A DNA stretch of 64,000 nucleotides from Macrostomum hystrix (Eukaryota; Animalia; Platyhelminthes): contig CATNEN010000039.1 in NCBI GenBank assembly GCA_950097015.1, positions 5,022,001 to 5,086,000 on the forward strand, read 5' to 3'. The notes beneath the pieces were generated by a model, which saw only the letters and a program-made list of their open reading frames with translations, had not been told where the DNA came from and ran no database searches. This document shows, in pieces, positions 32,967 through 44,615 of the stretch. Every line of letters begins with the position of its first letter. Positions within the stretch are counted from its first letter, which is position 1. The position numbers and the translations under genes were made by a program.

Positions 32967-35900
32967 TTAATAGTAAGGCCGGCGCGGATTGTTGAGCGGA
33001 TTCGGGCGGAACCGGTAAGCCAGCATCATGCGCTTCCTATAGGCCTCATATTCGTCGTCGTCCTTAGTCAGCTCGGCGATGGCGCTGGTTGACAGCATGC
33101 CGAGGCCGGCGCCGGTCTGGTTGACGCCCTGCTGCCCGACCGGGGCCGTGATGCCCTGGCCCGCCTGGCCCAGGCCCTCACCCTCCTTCCAGCCCATCTT
33201 CTCCAGCATCTTGAAGCCGACATTCTCGCAGGTGAGCTTGAACTCGGCATAATCAGCTGACGTCATCTCGCCGCCGCCCTCCTTCAGCTGCCTGTACTGC
33301 TCCATGAACTTCGTGAGCTCGGCCGGGTCCATGAAGTCGCCCAGGTGGTGCCGGCCGCGGCCCATTTCGGTGAGCTTCTGGGCCCAGGTGCGAGTCGCCT
33401 CCATCTCCTGCTGGCGCAGCTTGTGCTCCCAGGTCGGCGCGCCGGCGGAGGCCTCCTCCTCGTCTGAGTCGTATTCGTATTTACCCCTGGCGGCTATCAC
33501 CTCCTTCTCTTTGATCTTGAGCTTCTTCTGGGCCAGAATGAACTCCTGTTGTTCCGAGCGAGCGGAAAATGGACGATTATGAATCAAGGGTCCTTGGGGG
33601 TTAAATGGCAGAGCGATCTAAATGGAATTTGCCTCTCGCACCAAGGTCCCTGAGCTCGATTCCGCGGCAAGGCCACATTCATTTGGGGCGCAGCCACGGA
33701 AAGAAGGCTTGGGGGTTTGTCGTGCAATTTACGCCCGTGAGGGCCAACCTCCAAAGCACAATGAGAGTGTCAAGGCAGATGTACACACCTGTGAGCGTGT
33801 GCATGTGTGCTCTGGAGTCAGCGAAATGGGCAGAATTGCCTCCTCGCAGGCTGCGGGTCTAGTGTCACCAAATTATGTGCCATTGCCCACAGCTATCCTG
33901 CAATCATTTATTACAATGGGTACTAATTTTATAGCCCGTAAATGACAGCTCAGCATCATAAAAAATCTGACAAATAGGAACTAAACCTTATCGATATGGG
34001 CCAGTTTAACATTCAGTAGCATGCCATCCAAAGCAGAGTTCAGTCTGTGGACTGGGGGCCGGGCGTCACACCAACCTAAATCTCTAGCCCAGATGCTCTC
34101 ATTCCACAGGTAGTTAAACCAATGCGATGGTTAATTAAGTGTCTCGGTAAGTGATAATATTTGTTCTTTTTCTGGGCTAGGATTCGAACTAAAGACCTTC
34201 GTTTAGGTCTCAATCGCCAACGAACCTGAATAGCGTTGAGCTCCTGCTGGTAGGCAATCTGCTTAGCCTGATCCTCAGTCAGGTGAAAGCCGCCGGTGAA
34301 CTTCTTGGCCGCTCGAATGTTCTTCGACGAAAATGGATCAAAGAGGTCAGCGGCCGAAGCGCCCCCGGCGCAACCGCCGGAAGACGAGGCTCCGGCCGCT
34401 GACGGCTCATCGGTTCGGGGACGCTTGGCATCTGCTAAATTTGCATCAGAAAGCTATGGGTGACATCAGACAAACACAGCTCAGCTATGAGCATGCTTCA
34501 ACACACACTGCTCAGCTGTGAGCATGCTTCAACACAAACACTGCTCAGCTGTGAGCATGCTTCAACACACACACTGCTCAGCTGTGAGCATGCTTCAACA
34601 CAAACACTGCTCAGCTGTGAGCATGCTTCAACACAAACACTGCTCAGCTGTGAGCATGCTTCAACACACACACTGCTCAGCTGTGAGCATGCTTCAACAC
34701 ACACACTGCTCAGCTGTGAGCATGCTTCAACACACACACTGCTCAGCTGTGAGCATGCTTCAACACAAACACTGCTCAGCTGTGAGCATGCTTCAACACA
34801 AACACTGCTCAGCTGTGAGCATGCTTCAACACACACACTGCTCAGCTGTGAGCATGCTTCAACACAAACACTGCTCAGCTGTGAGCATGCTTCAACACAA
34901 ACACTGTTCAGCTGTGAGCATGCTTCAACACAAACACTGCTCAGCTGTGAGCATGCTTCAACACAAACACTGCTCAGCTGTGAGCATGCTTCAACACACA
35001 CACTGCTCAGCTGTGAGCATGCTTCAACACACACACTGCTCAGCTGTGAGCCTGCTTCAACACAAACCCAACACATACACACACACACACTGGTTACCTG
35101 AGAGCATGCTTCAACACACACACTGCTCAGCTGTGAGCATGCTTCAACACACACACTGCTCAGCTGTGAGCCTGCTTCAACACAAACCCAACACATACAC
35201 ACACACACACTGGTTACCTGAGAGCATGCTTCAACACACACTGCTCAGCTGTGAGCATGCTTCAACACAAACACTGCTCAGCTGTGAGCATGCTTCAAGA
35301 CACACACTGCTCAGCTGTGAGCATGCTTCAACACACACACTGCTCAGCTGTGAGCATGCTTCAACACAAGCACTGCTCTTGCTCTCCCATGGCCCGAATG
35401 ACTCACCGGCAGCTTCGACCTCCTGGCTCAGCTCAAGTCGAATTTCGCCAAGGCGATAGTAGAAATAGCGACAAGCCTGACTGCTCTGATCCTGTAGGAA
35501 GCTGGGCACGGATTTTAACATGTCAACTTTCATTAGCAAATAAATTTCCAGCATTGCTTGCGCGCTGAACACTACTCACGAGTAGCAATCTTCGGCTTTG
35601 AAGCAGCGCAGAGCGGTGAATTCTTCGTCGGGCGCCAGGGGAGCAATTTGTGAGGCCAGATTTTCAATGTTCATTATTGTGAGAGGATCTTCAGGCGGCG
35701 GAATGGCGTCGTGAATCTCTTCAAGCTTCGGCTTCGGCTTAGCATCAGCAGCTGCTGAGGTCGAGGCTGGTCTAAAATGATAAACAAAACAGGATTAAAA
35801 GCAAGAACTTAAAAAAATATGGTAAAGCGGGGATAAGAGCATATTGAACCAATAAATCCACTAAAAAGCCAGTAAGCACCTATCAGCTGGCCGTTTCTTG

Positions 35901-36476
35901 GCTTCGCCAGTTAGCTTTTCAAGCTGTGCAACCGATGGCTTCACGTCCGGCTGCGATTTCGGCGATCGCTGCTGCTGCTGTTGCTTCATTTTCTTGAACA
36001 TCTCCATGAAGGATCCGTCATTGTTGAAGGGAACTTTGATTCCCCTGCGATTTGGAATCGAAGGATATTGTGATTATTCTAGTGTCTGTGGTATTATGGA
36101 ATGGTCGTTAAGGATGTAACAAATACATCAAGATTATTTTATTAGTCAGCTGTCACATTGAGGGGAAGGGTATCAGTAGTCAGCTGTCACATTGTAGGAA
36201 GGGGTGTCAGTAGTCAGCTGTCACATTTTAGAGAAGGGTGTCAGTAGTCAGCTGTCACATTTTAGAGAAGGGTGTCAGTAGTCAGCTGTCACATTGTAGG
36301 GAAGGGTGTCAATAGTCAGCTGTCACATTGTAGGGAAGGGTTTGGCAATCTGGATTCTGGGTGCTTAAAAATTGCAAGAAGCTAGTACCAAGAAAAAAAG
36401 TATTTAACTGTAAAAGCTTTTTTAAAATTGCTTACTGCTGTGTTCCAGAAGATGGCTTCTTGGTGGAGTCAGTCAT
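32967..36476 (-). CDS. SUGP1: SURP and G-patch domain-containing protein 1 (splicing factor 4)
   Basis: Exons 36476-36436, 36044-35880, 35771-35580, 35501-35407, 34434-34226 and 33545-32967, phase-consistent. [11 protein letters not shown] motif, SURP ([15 protein letters not shown]...[17 protein letters not shown]), G-patch ([19 protein letters not shown]) and the family-diagnostic end [27 protein letters not shown]. Confidence 0.96.
33596..33912 (+). mobile_element. SINE family A copy in last SUGP1 intron
   Basis: Head TGGCAGAGCGA...GCTCGATTCC, body and 3' hairpin domain. Confidence 0.88.
34030..34205 (-). mobile_element. Degenerate SINE family B copy
   Basis: GTTCGAATCC B box, GACACTTAA core remnant and CCCCCAGTCCACAGACTGAAC tail on the minus strand. 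Confidence 0.55.
34475..35375. repeat. 33-bp intronic minisatellite CTGCTCAGCTGTGAGCATGCTTCAACACA(C/A)ACA
   Basis: Fills almost the whole SUGP1 intron 34435-35406. Confidence 0.97.
36143..36341. repeat. ~34-bp intronic minisatellite TAGTCAGCTGTCACATT...AAGGGTGTCAG
   Basis: Six copies in SUGP1 intron 1. Confidence 0.9.
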
Positions 36477-38297
36477 TATATTTAAGTATTGTTTTAGAAT
36501 TTAGATGTTTAAATGGCTTTATGTCCTGGAAAAAATGAAGTTTATAAATAATAAATTGATTTATTACAGACAACAAAAATCTAAGAAGTAACATTATATA
36601 TTTGCTTATTTGCTTAAACTTTAAATATAACAATAACTGGTTTGTTTAGTTATAGTATGATAGTGATAGTTCATATATAAATGGAGTTAACTGTACAAAA
36701 ACTATTTATATTGTTAAATATATATACTTAGCTATCTTAGAATGTAGAAATTATTGGCAAATGCTATTGCTACCTTTGTGACAGACAGTTGTTTTGCTTA
36801 ATAGCTAGCTAATTAGCTATCATATGCCTAAAAAATAATTTTGTTTTTCATTATATAGAACAGAACAATGTATATTAGGCCTAGGCCTATTTTAGTTGTC
36901 TTTAGGCCTATTCTATAGGTAATAGGGCCTACAGACAAGTGATTAGGCCTAAATCAGTCATATTGTATAGACTAAGCTTAGGCCTAGCTAGGTAGCTAGC
37001 TACCTAAGAATTTCAAGTTAGGCCTACTTATTTTCAATGCATCATAGGTCATTGTCACAGGGGCAGTGGGCACATAGCTAAGAACACCACAGCTCAGATC
37101 CTCTGACTAGCTCCAAAGAAAGGACAAGATAAGACTTAGACAATGTCACCAAATTTCTTTTAATTCTTCCTATCTTCCTATTGGACATAATTACTGATTT
37201 TGACAATAATTCCATAAGCCCCAACACTATAGGCCTAGCAACTTCACATCTGCCACAGCTTTCAAACAATAATAGACGGTCAAACATTCTTCCCAACCAC
37301 CTCGCAGCTATCGCGGTATTTGTTGGATAGTCTGAGCTGAGTCTATGACTGCCAGTCTATGACTAAGTCACTAAGACTACTAAGACTACATGTGCTTGTG
37401 TATTCGATGAAATTAAAAAATATTTTTTCAACTCAACAGCAGCAGTACTGGCAGAAAAATATAGGCCCTATTGAATTTGAATCAGACATTCAAAAGATTA
37501 AAACTTATATATGTATCCTCTCGTTGCCGTTTAAGCAAGCACGTAAAACGACATTAGAGTTTATTATTAAAAATATGTTATTCACATTCTTCACACGAAA
37601 ATTAATAAAGGACAACTAGAAGAAGAGTCTTCTCATATATATAGTGGTCCTAGAAAGTTAATTAATTCGCGTGAAATTAAAAATTCGAATCTTGCGCCAA
37701 AACCGTTTCGTTAAAAACGGTAGATTACACTACATTTTGTCATGTCAATCGCAGCTGCTTCACAGTTTTTTACTTTTATTTCACAGCTTTCACAACACCT
37801 CACCAACAATTTTCTATCTAAGAACATCCAAACAGTTTATTTTTTGAAAAAAAATACGGCAGTTTCATACTACAACTGCAGCATTTAAAAGCACTATGGC
37901 TATTGTAGTTTGTCTTTTTTGTTTTTTTTGTTTTCGTATTGCTGCAAGGTTTCTTTGTGTATTGCACATTGATTCATTTTGTGTCATCATGTAACTTAAT
38001 TCAAGCGCATTTTATACATACAAAAAAATTTCATTGGCTCTCATATTAGGTTTGAACCGATCTAGCTATAGTCCGAGTAAGCTGAACCTGAACGCGCCTA
38101 TTCTCGCATAATCTACGAGTATAATTTGTATATTTGTGAAAGGCGTGAGCGTACTAGAAATGAAATCAGTTTAGAGAAGGAATGGCTTCAAGCAAGGAGA
38201 ATAGTTACAAAATACGTTAAAACCATGGCACTGAATCGCCTTTACTGCTTTTAAATTTTTTTGTTTGTTGCCGATAATTGACATGGACAAACTTGCC

Positions 38298-40010
38298 TCA
38301 AAATGCTGGCCTAATGCATGCCTGCTCAACATTACAGATATGCCAAAGCTTGGACTCTGCAGCTTGTTGGGAGTCTTCGAAATATAAGTTGGTTTTCAAG
38401 TCCGACTTCTTTTTACGATTATTCAGGGCGCTCATGCTCATGCTACATTCTGCTCCAGTCCTTTCTAGCATAAAATAATGATAGCTGTGCAAAAAGTGAG
38501 GGAACATCAATATCGGGTCGGAGCTGAAACTTGCACATCAATCTGAGCTCCTGACTGCAGCATACATAACGATTGCCTGATGTCACGCTTGCTTGGTCGT
38601 CATGCAGTATATGCTCGATAGTTAGTAGTATAACTATATTCTTCTGCGACACAAAAGTTCGGTTGAAAGTTCATGGAAGCTCATGCAATAACAAACATCA
38701 GCAAGTTTACTTTAGCGTGCAATTTATATTTATTAAGTTCTAAAAACGTCAACCAAATAAAAAAATTAAGCATTGACATAATTCTGGCTAGATATTTAAA
38801 TCAAAGGTTAATTTGTTTGCTTATTTCTTAAGGTTATTGGTTGAGATAGCATTGATACTTATAGTGTTAGCCCCGTATATCCATTCGATTAAGGTGCATG
38901 GTTTGTCTATATACGCACCATGCTCAGCTATATGTTGATATATAGCTAATATATATATATATTAATACAATACTCATAGTATTCAATGAGATATTATTGA
39001 ATATCTCAACAATATATATATATATGAAATATGTCGATTCATATTTCATTGACAATATGAAATATCAGTCATATTTTACTGACACATGGAGACCACTTAA
39101 TTTCTTATTGGATAGGAGTGCATTGCGCTAAAAATAGTCAACTAAAAACTTCTACGCCAATTTCTTACTGATAAAGTTCAGTAGAATATCTGGTTGTGTC
39201 CTTGTAGGCAATGCATAATCAGTTTGAGTCAAATAAGATATATTAGGCCTCATATTGGAGATTTTGGACGCCACCAGAACCAAAGCACGCGAAGCAAGCC
39301 ATCCAGCAAGCCTACCGCAGGCAGCTATCGGCTGCCCATACAGAAATCGCCCCCAGCACCAGAAGCAGACAAGCTGTCAGCAGTTGGGAGCCAATACGTG
39401 CCGAGACTGATTGAAATCGATTTCGCCAGGATACTTGGGCGGCTGGCCTCGATGCACAGTCTGCTGGCTCGCTGATCGATGCGACCAGATCGCTCTTATC
39501 AGGCCTGTCGCTGTCATTGTTTTCAACGGGTTCGTTCTCAACCTGGACTCCGGCCTGATTCGCCTGACTAATTTGGTCGAATTTCGCCATCAGTTGAACA
39601 AAATGCGGGTTTGTGGATAGGGCGGCAGGTGGATTTGGAGTCGATGCTGGCAGTTTCGACGGCGGTTGAGAAACAGCTGGGGCCTGGCCAGCAGATGAGA
39701 ACGCGTTGAAGTAGCGAACCGCGGAGGCCACACAGCCGACGGCAAATGGGCCAGAGATGTGCTCATGCGATTGCAAAGCTGCAGTGCCGCTATGCGTCAA
39801 CTTGCGCAGTCTTGTCGACGTCATCAGTATATTATTACCACAGTTGTCTCCGTTGGACCTCGCCGACAGGAACATGGAGCTGCAGGTTGCATCACCGCGA
39901 TTGGTCCAGTCGTCGCAGGTCAGTTTGTGGCAGGACCGACCTGATTGGCTATCAAGGTTGTCCTGAACCAGTTGATGTTCGTGCACAAGTGGTTGCTGCT
40001 CCGGCTTCAT
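38298..40010 (-). CDS. Hypothetical single-pass membrane protein (orphan), 2 exons
   Basis: GC-rich ORF from ATG 40010 with hydrophobic segment LLTACLLLVLGAISVWAA. Donor CG|GTAGG at 39315 and acceptor TTTGCACAG|C at 38485 join in phase to exon 38484-38298. No recognised domain. Confidence 0.5.
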
Positions 40011-40380
40011 TTTCACGCCGACTCTTTGGCTACATGTGAAGCCGCGAATTATGCCGCTCGCGCGCGTTAAAACGACCTCTTCTATGAGATCTCAGGCAAC
40101 AAAATCTAAGCAGGATTGAGACAACACGAGAAAACACCTTTCATTATCTATGGAAATTTGGTATCGCGTGGAATTAGCGTGTCTTCAGTTACTTAACAGC
40201 AGAAAGACCAAAACTTTGCTATTTCAAATACCCGCAGTTGAGATATTCAACGATTCTTGTCGTGTCTAGTTGCAAAATCCACGAATACAGGGAGTATTTT
40301 TCTACGCACAAAATTTTCAATATATCAGCTACTGTTGTTGATTATTTTGAGTTGATTATTTTGTTAATTATTACATTACT

Positions 40381-40679
40381 TTTTTTTATTACACCTGCCC
40401 CAATTGGGTCAGATGTGCAGCCGACAGCACAGCCGCAGCTAATGCGCGGCGCATCTGAAGGCTGCGTACAGCTGTTCAGTCCACGGACTGGGGGGACGCC
40501 ACACCCACCTTCAATTATCCCAGCTGATGCTGGTACCCATTTAACAACTGGGTGAACTGAAGCAATGCAGAGTTAAGTGTCTTGCTAAAGGACGCAAATT
40601 GTTCCAGTGGAGTCGGGAATCGAACCCCCGACCTTCAAGTCGTGAGTCCGACGCCCTAACCACTAGGCTACAACCTCTG
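40381..40679 (-). mobile_element. SINE family B, full length: tRNA head + CORE-like domain + tail, 13-bp TSD
   Basis: GTAGCCTAGTGG A box, GGTTCGATTCCC B box, CCTTTAGCAAGACACTTAACTCTGCATTGCTTCAGTTCACCCAGTTGTTAAATGGGTACC core, A-rich tail; TTATTACATTACT at 40368-40380 and 40680-40692. Confidence 0.92.
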
Positions 40680-40900
40680 TTATTACATTACTGAACCAAT
40701 TAGTTTCGCCAAAGAGTCTTATACAGATAAATTTTAGTTGTGTTTGTCTCCAGGGTCTTTGGCAAGACCTCCAAAGACCCTGGATATCTCCACGATGCTG
40801 TCGTTGGACGTCTTCGGACGAAATTAGTTCATCGTAAATGGCGGAAAATGGAATGCACAAAGCTGGTGGACTTTCAAGAAAATCGTTTATTTGGTTTGGT

Positions 40901-41010
40901 CCTAACCTGTAAACTCGGGGAATTCCTAACATGTAAACTCGGTTAATTCCTAACATGTAAACTCGGTTAATTCCTAACCTGTAAACTCGGGTAATTCCTA
41001 ACCTGTAAAC
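40901..41010. repeat. 24-bp minisatellite CCTAACATGTAAACTCGGGGAATT (left arm of inverted pair)
   Basis: About 4.5 copies; reverse complement of the array at 42187-42500. Confidence 0.9.
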
Positions 41011-41215
41011 TAGGCATCGTGAAGTAGGCAGTATTTGAAGTTTTCTAGTTCATGCCTGCTTTATATTTCCGCACTTGCTCTTCGAAACAACAAGTACAAC
41101 AACAACACCGACGGCTCCGCGAGCGCATGATGATATTTAAGGACATCTTCCAGAGCTCGAGCTACTGCCAACATCGCATATCGGAGCCGCTGAAACCAGG
41201 TTGTGCAGACTCTGC

Positions 41216-41552
41216 GGCGGGCTGCGGGCAATGGCACATCATTTGGTGACATTAGACCTGTAATCATGCAGCGAGATTGCGATTCCACTGACTCCTGAGC
41301 ACACACGCACACGGAGTACGCAGGCATACGCTCACACAGGTGTGTACATCTGCTCTGACTTTCTCATCGTCAGGCAGTGTACACTCTCATTGTGCCTTGG
41401 AGGTTGGCCCTTGCCAACGCGAAATTGCACGACAAGCCCTCAAGCCGTCTATTTTGGCTGCCCCCCATTTTAATGTGGCCTCACCGCGAAATTAAGCTTA
41501 GGGACATTGGTGCGAGAGACAAACTAGTTAGACCGCCCAGCCACTCACCCCC
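41216..41552 (-). mobile_element. SINE family A copy
   Basis: Diverged head plus conserved body (GTGTACACTGCCTGACGATGAGAAAGTCAG). Confidence 0.85.
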
Positions 41553-42186
41553 TCTGCGGCCACCAGCTTGTACATTTACATCTCCTGAATTGTCCAGCTG
41601 CTCTCGACATCACCAGGCAAGGTATCGCTTGCATCCACATGTTTGACCTGGCCGATGGACATCTGGTTGTGCGACTTCTGGATGACGTGGCCTGCCAGCA
41701 GGAGTCGGCGACGACGCAAAAGCTAAAAACTTAGAAGCGTAAGTTGTGCTATACAAGTACAAGTAGTATTCCGTCACTTTGTGTAACTCTCTGCGATTTC
41801 TGCAGAAGAGAAACGAAAAAGATTTATTACCTTCACCGAGTATATACTCGTACGTGGGATCTCATTCCGCAAGAGTACTGCCAGCTCCGACTACTCAATC
41901 CGAAGAGCTCACGATTCTGGCTTCTATTCTGAACTTTTATGCTAGTAAAACTGTGCTCAGGGCCCAAATGAACCAGATGAATCATTCTGCATCCCTACCT
42001 GACGCAATAATTATATGAATGAATACGGTAATGTTCCTCTGTTCATTTACTATTGTGAAACTTTTGTGTAAACTGGCGCAATGAAGGACGATACTTTAAC
42101 GGAATTGTTAGCTATGTTTCTTAGAATTAAAATGTGAATTTGACAATTAAGCTGCTTCAGGTAGGCATGCCTTGTTTCTCTCTTCT

Positions 42187-42500
42187 CCCCGAGTTTACAA
42201 ATTAGGAATTCCCCGAGTTCACATGTTAGGAAATCCCCGAGTTTACAAATTAGGAATTCCCCGAGTTTACAAATTAGGAATTCCCCGAGTTTACAAATTA
42301 GGAAATATCCGAGTTTAAAAATTAGGAATTCCCCGAGTTTACTAATTAGGAATTCCCCGAGTTTACAAATTAGGAATTCCCCGAGTTTACAAATTAGGAA
42401 TTCCCCGAGTTTACATGTTAGGAATTCCCCGAGTTTACAGGTTAGGAATTCCCCGAGTTTACAGGTTAGGAATTCCCCGAGTTTACATATTAGGAATTCT
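42187..42500. repeat. 24-bp minisatellite CCCCGAGTTTACAAATTAGGAATT (right arm of inverted pair)
   Basis: About 13 copies, followed by GGGATTCCCTGATT repeats to ~42575. Confidence 0.92.
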
Positions 42501-42926
42501 CAGATTTAGGGATTCCCTGATTAAGGAATTCCCTGATTTTGGGATTCCCTGATTATTTTGGGATTCCCTAATTTTGGTATTCAATGAATTTCTAATGTAA
42601 TCAAATGACAAAAACGAATCCAATTACTATAGCATAGCAACCTGTACAACAAACAAGTGCAATTGACAGCTCTTAGCTTGTAGAAGTCCAATCTATGGAA
42701 GCGATTCAGAAAGGGAAAAAAAGTCGAAGAGCAGACAATTGTGGAATTCGATTCACTTCAAGAGCGTGCACCTCATTACGATGGCCCATGGGACTCTGCA
42801 GTTCTGGCAACGATGGAGTCTGATGGGCGAGGCAGGACACAGGAAGGCATGGCCAAGGTCAAGTTGGACCGCTTGCTGAGCTTGACTCGTCTAATGCTGC
42901 CAGTCCACTTAGTCGCGATGATCAGC

Positions 42927-44615
42927 TATGGCTACGGATCTGGCAATGGCTAAGGCTACGATTCTGGCTATGGCTAAGGCTACGATTCTGGCTATGGCTA
43001 AGGCTACGATTCTGGCAATGGCTAAGGCTACGATTCTGGCTATGGTTAAGGCTACGATTCTGGCTATGCTAAGGCTACGGTTCTGGCTATGGCTAAGGCT
43101 ACGATTCTAGCTATGGCTAAGGCTACGATATTGGCAATGGCTAAGGCCGCGAATCTGGCTATGGCTAAGGCTACGATTCTGGCTATGGCTAAGGCTACGG
43201 TTCTGGCAATGGCTAAGGCTACGATTCTGGCTATGGTTAAGGCTACGGTTCTGGCTATGGCTAAGGCTACGATTCTGGCTATGGCTAAGGCTACTATTCT
43301 GACTATTGGAAAAGGCTACGATTATGGCTATGGCTAAGGCTACGATTCTGGCTATGGCTAAGGCTACGATTCTGGCTATGGCTAAGGCTACGATTCTGGC
43401 TATGGCTAAGGCTACGGTTCTGGCTATGGCTAAGGCTACGATTCTGGCTATGGCTAAGGCTACGATTATGGCTATGGCTAAGGCTACTATTCTGACTATT
43501 GGAAAAGGCTACGATTATGGCTATGGCTAAGGCTACGATTCTGGCAATGGCTAAGGCCACGATTCTGGCTATGGCTAAGGCTACGGTTCTGGCTATGGCT
43601 AAGGCTACGATTCTGGCTATGGCTAAGGCTACGATATTGGCAATGGCTAAGGCCGCGAATCTGGCTATGGCTAAGGCTACGATTCTGGCTATGGCTAAGG
43701 CTACGATTTCTGGCTATTGAAAAAGGCTACGATTCTGACTTTTGGCAAATGCTACGGTTCTGGCTATGGCTAAGGCTACGATTCTGGCTATGGCTAAGGC
43801 TACGATATTGGCAATGGCTAAGGCCGCGAATCTGGCTATGGCTAAGGCTACGATTCTGACTATTGGCAAATGCTACGGTTCTGGCTATGGCTACGGCTAC
43901 GATTCTGGCTATGGCTAAGGCTACGATATTGGCAATGGCTAAGGCCGCGAATCTGGCTATGGCTAAGGCTACGATTCTGGCTATGGCTAAGGCTACGATT
44001 TCTGGCTATTGAAAAAGGCTACGATTCTGACTTTTGGCAAATGCTACGGTTCTGGCTATGGCTAAGGCTACGATTCTGGCTATGGCTAAGGCTACGATAT
44101 TGGCAATGGCTAAGGCAGCGAATCTGGCTATGGCTAAGGCTACGATTCTGGCTATGGCTAAGGCTACGATTTCTGGCTATTGAAAAAGGCTACGATTCTG
44201 ACTATTGGCAAATGCTACGGTTCTGGCTATGGCTAAGGCTACGATTCTGACTATGGCTAAGGCTACGAATCTGGCTATGGCCAAGGCTACGATTATGGCT
44301 ATGGCTAAGGCTACGATTCTGACTATTGGCAAATGCTACGGTTCTGGCTATGGCTAAGGCTACGGTTCTGCCAATGGCTAAGGCTGCGATTCTGGTCATG
44401 GCTAAGGCTACGGTTCTGGCTATGGCTAAGGCTGCGATTCTGGTCATGGCTAAGGCTACGATTCTGGCAATGGCTAAGGCTACGATTCTGGTCATGGCTA
44501 AGGCTACATCTCTGGCTATGGCTAAGGCTACGATTCTGGTCATGGCTAAGGCTACGGTTCTGGCTATGGCTAAGGCTACGATTCTGGTCATGGCTAAGGC
44601 TACATCTCTGGCTAT
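42927..44615. repeat. 24-bp minisatellite CTGGCTATGGCTAAGGCTACGATT with higher-order blocks
   Basis: About 70 units with recurring variant units. Confidence 0.97.
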
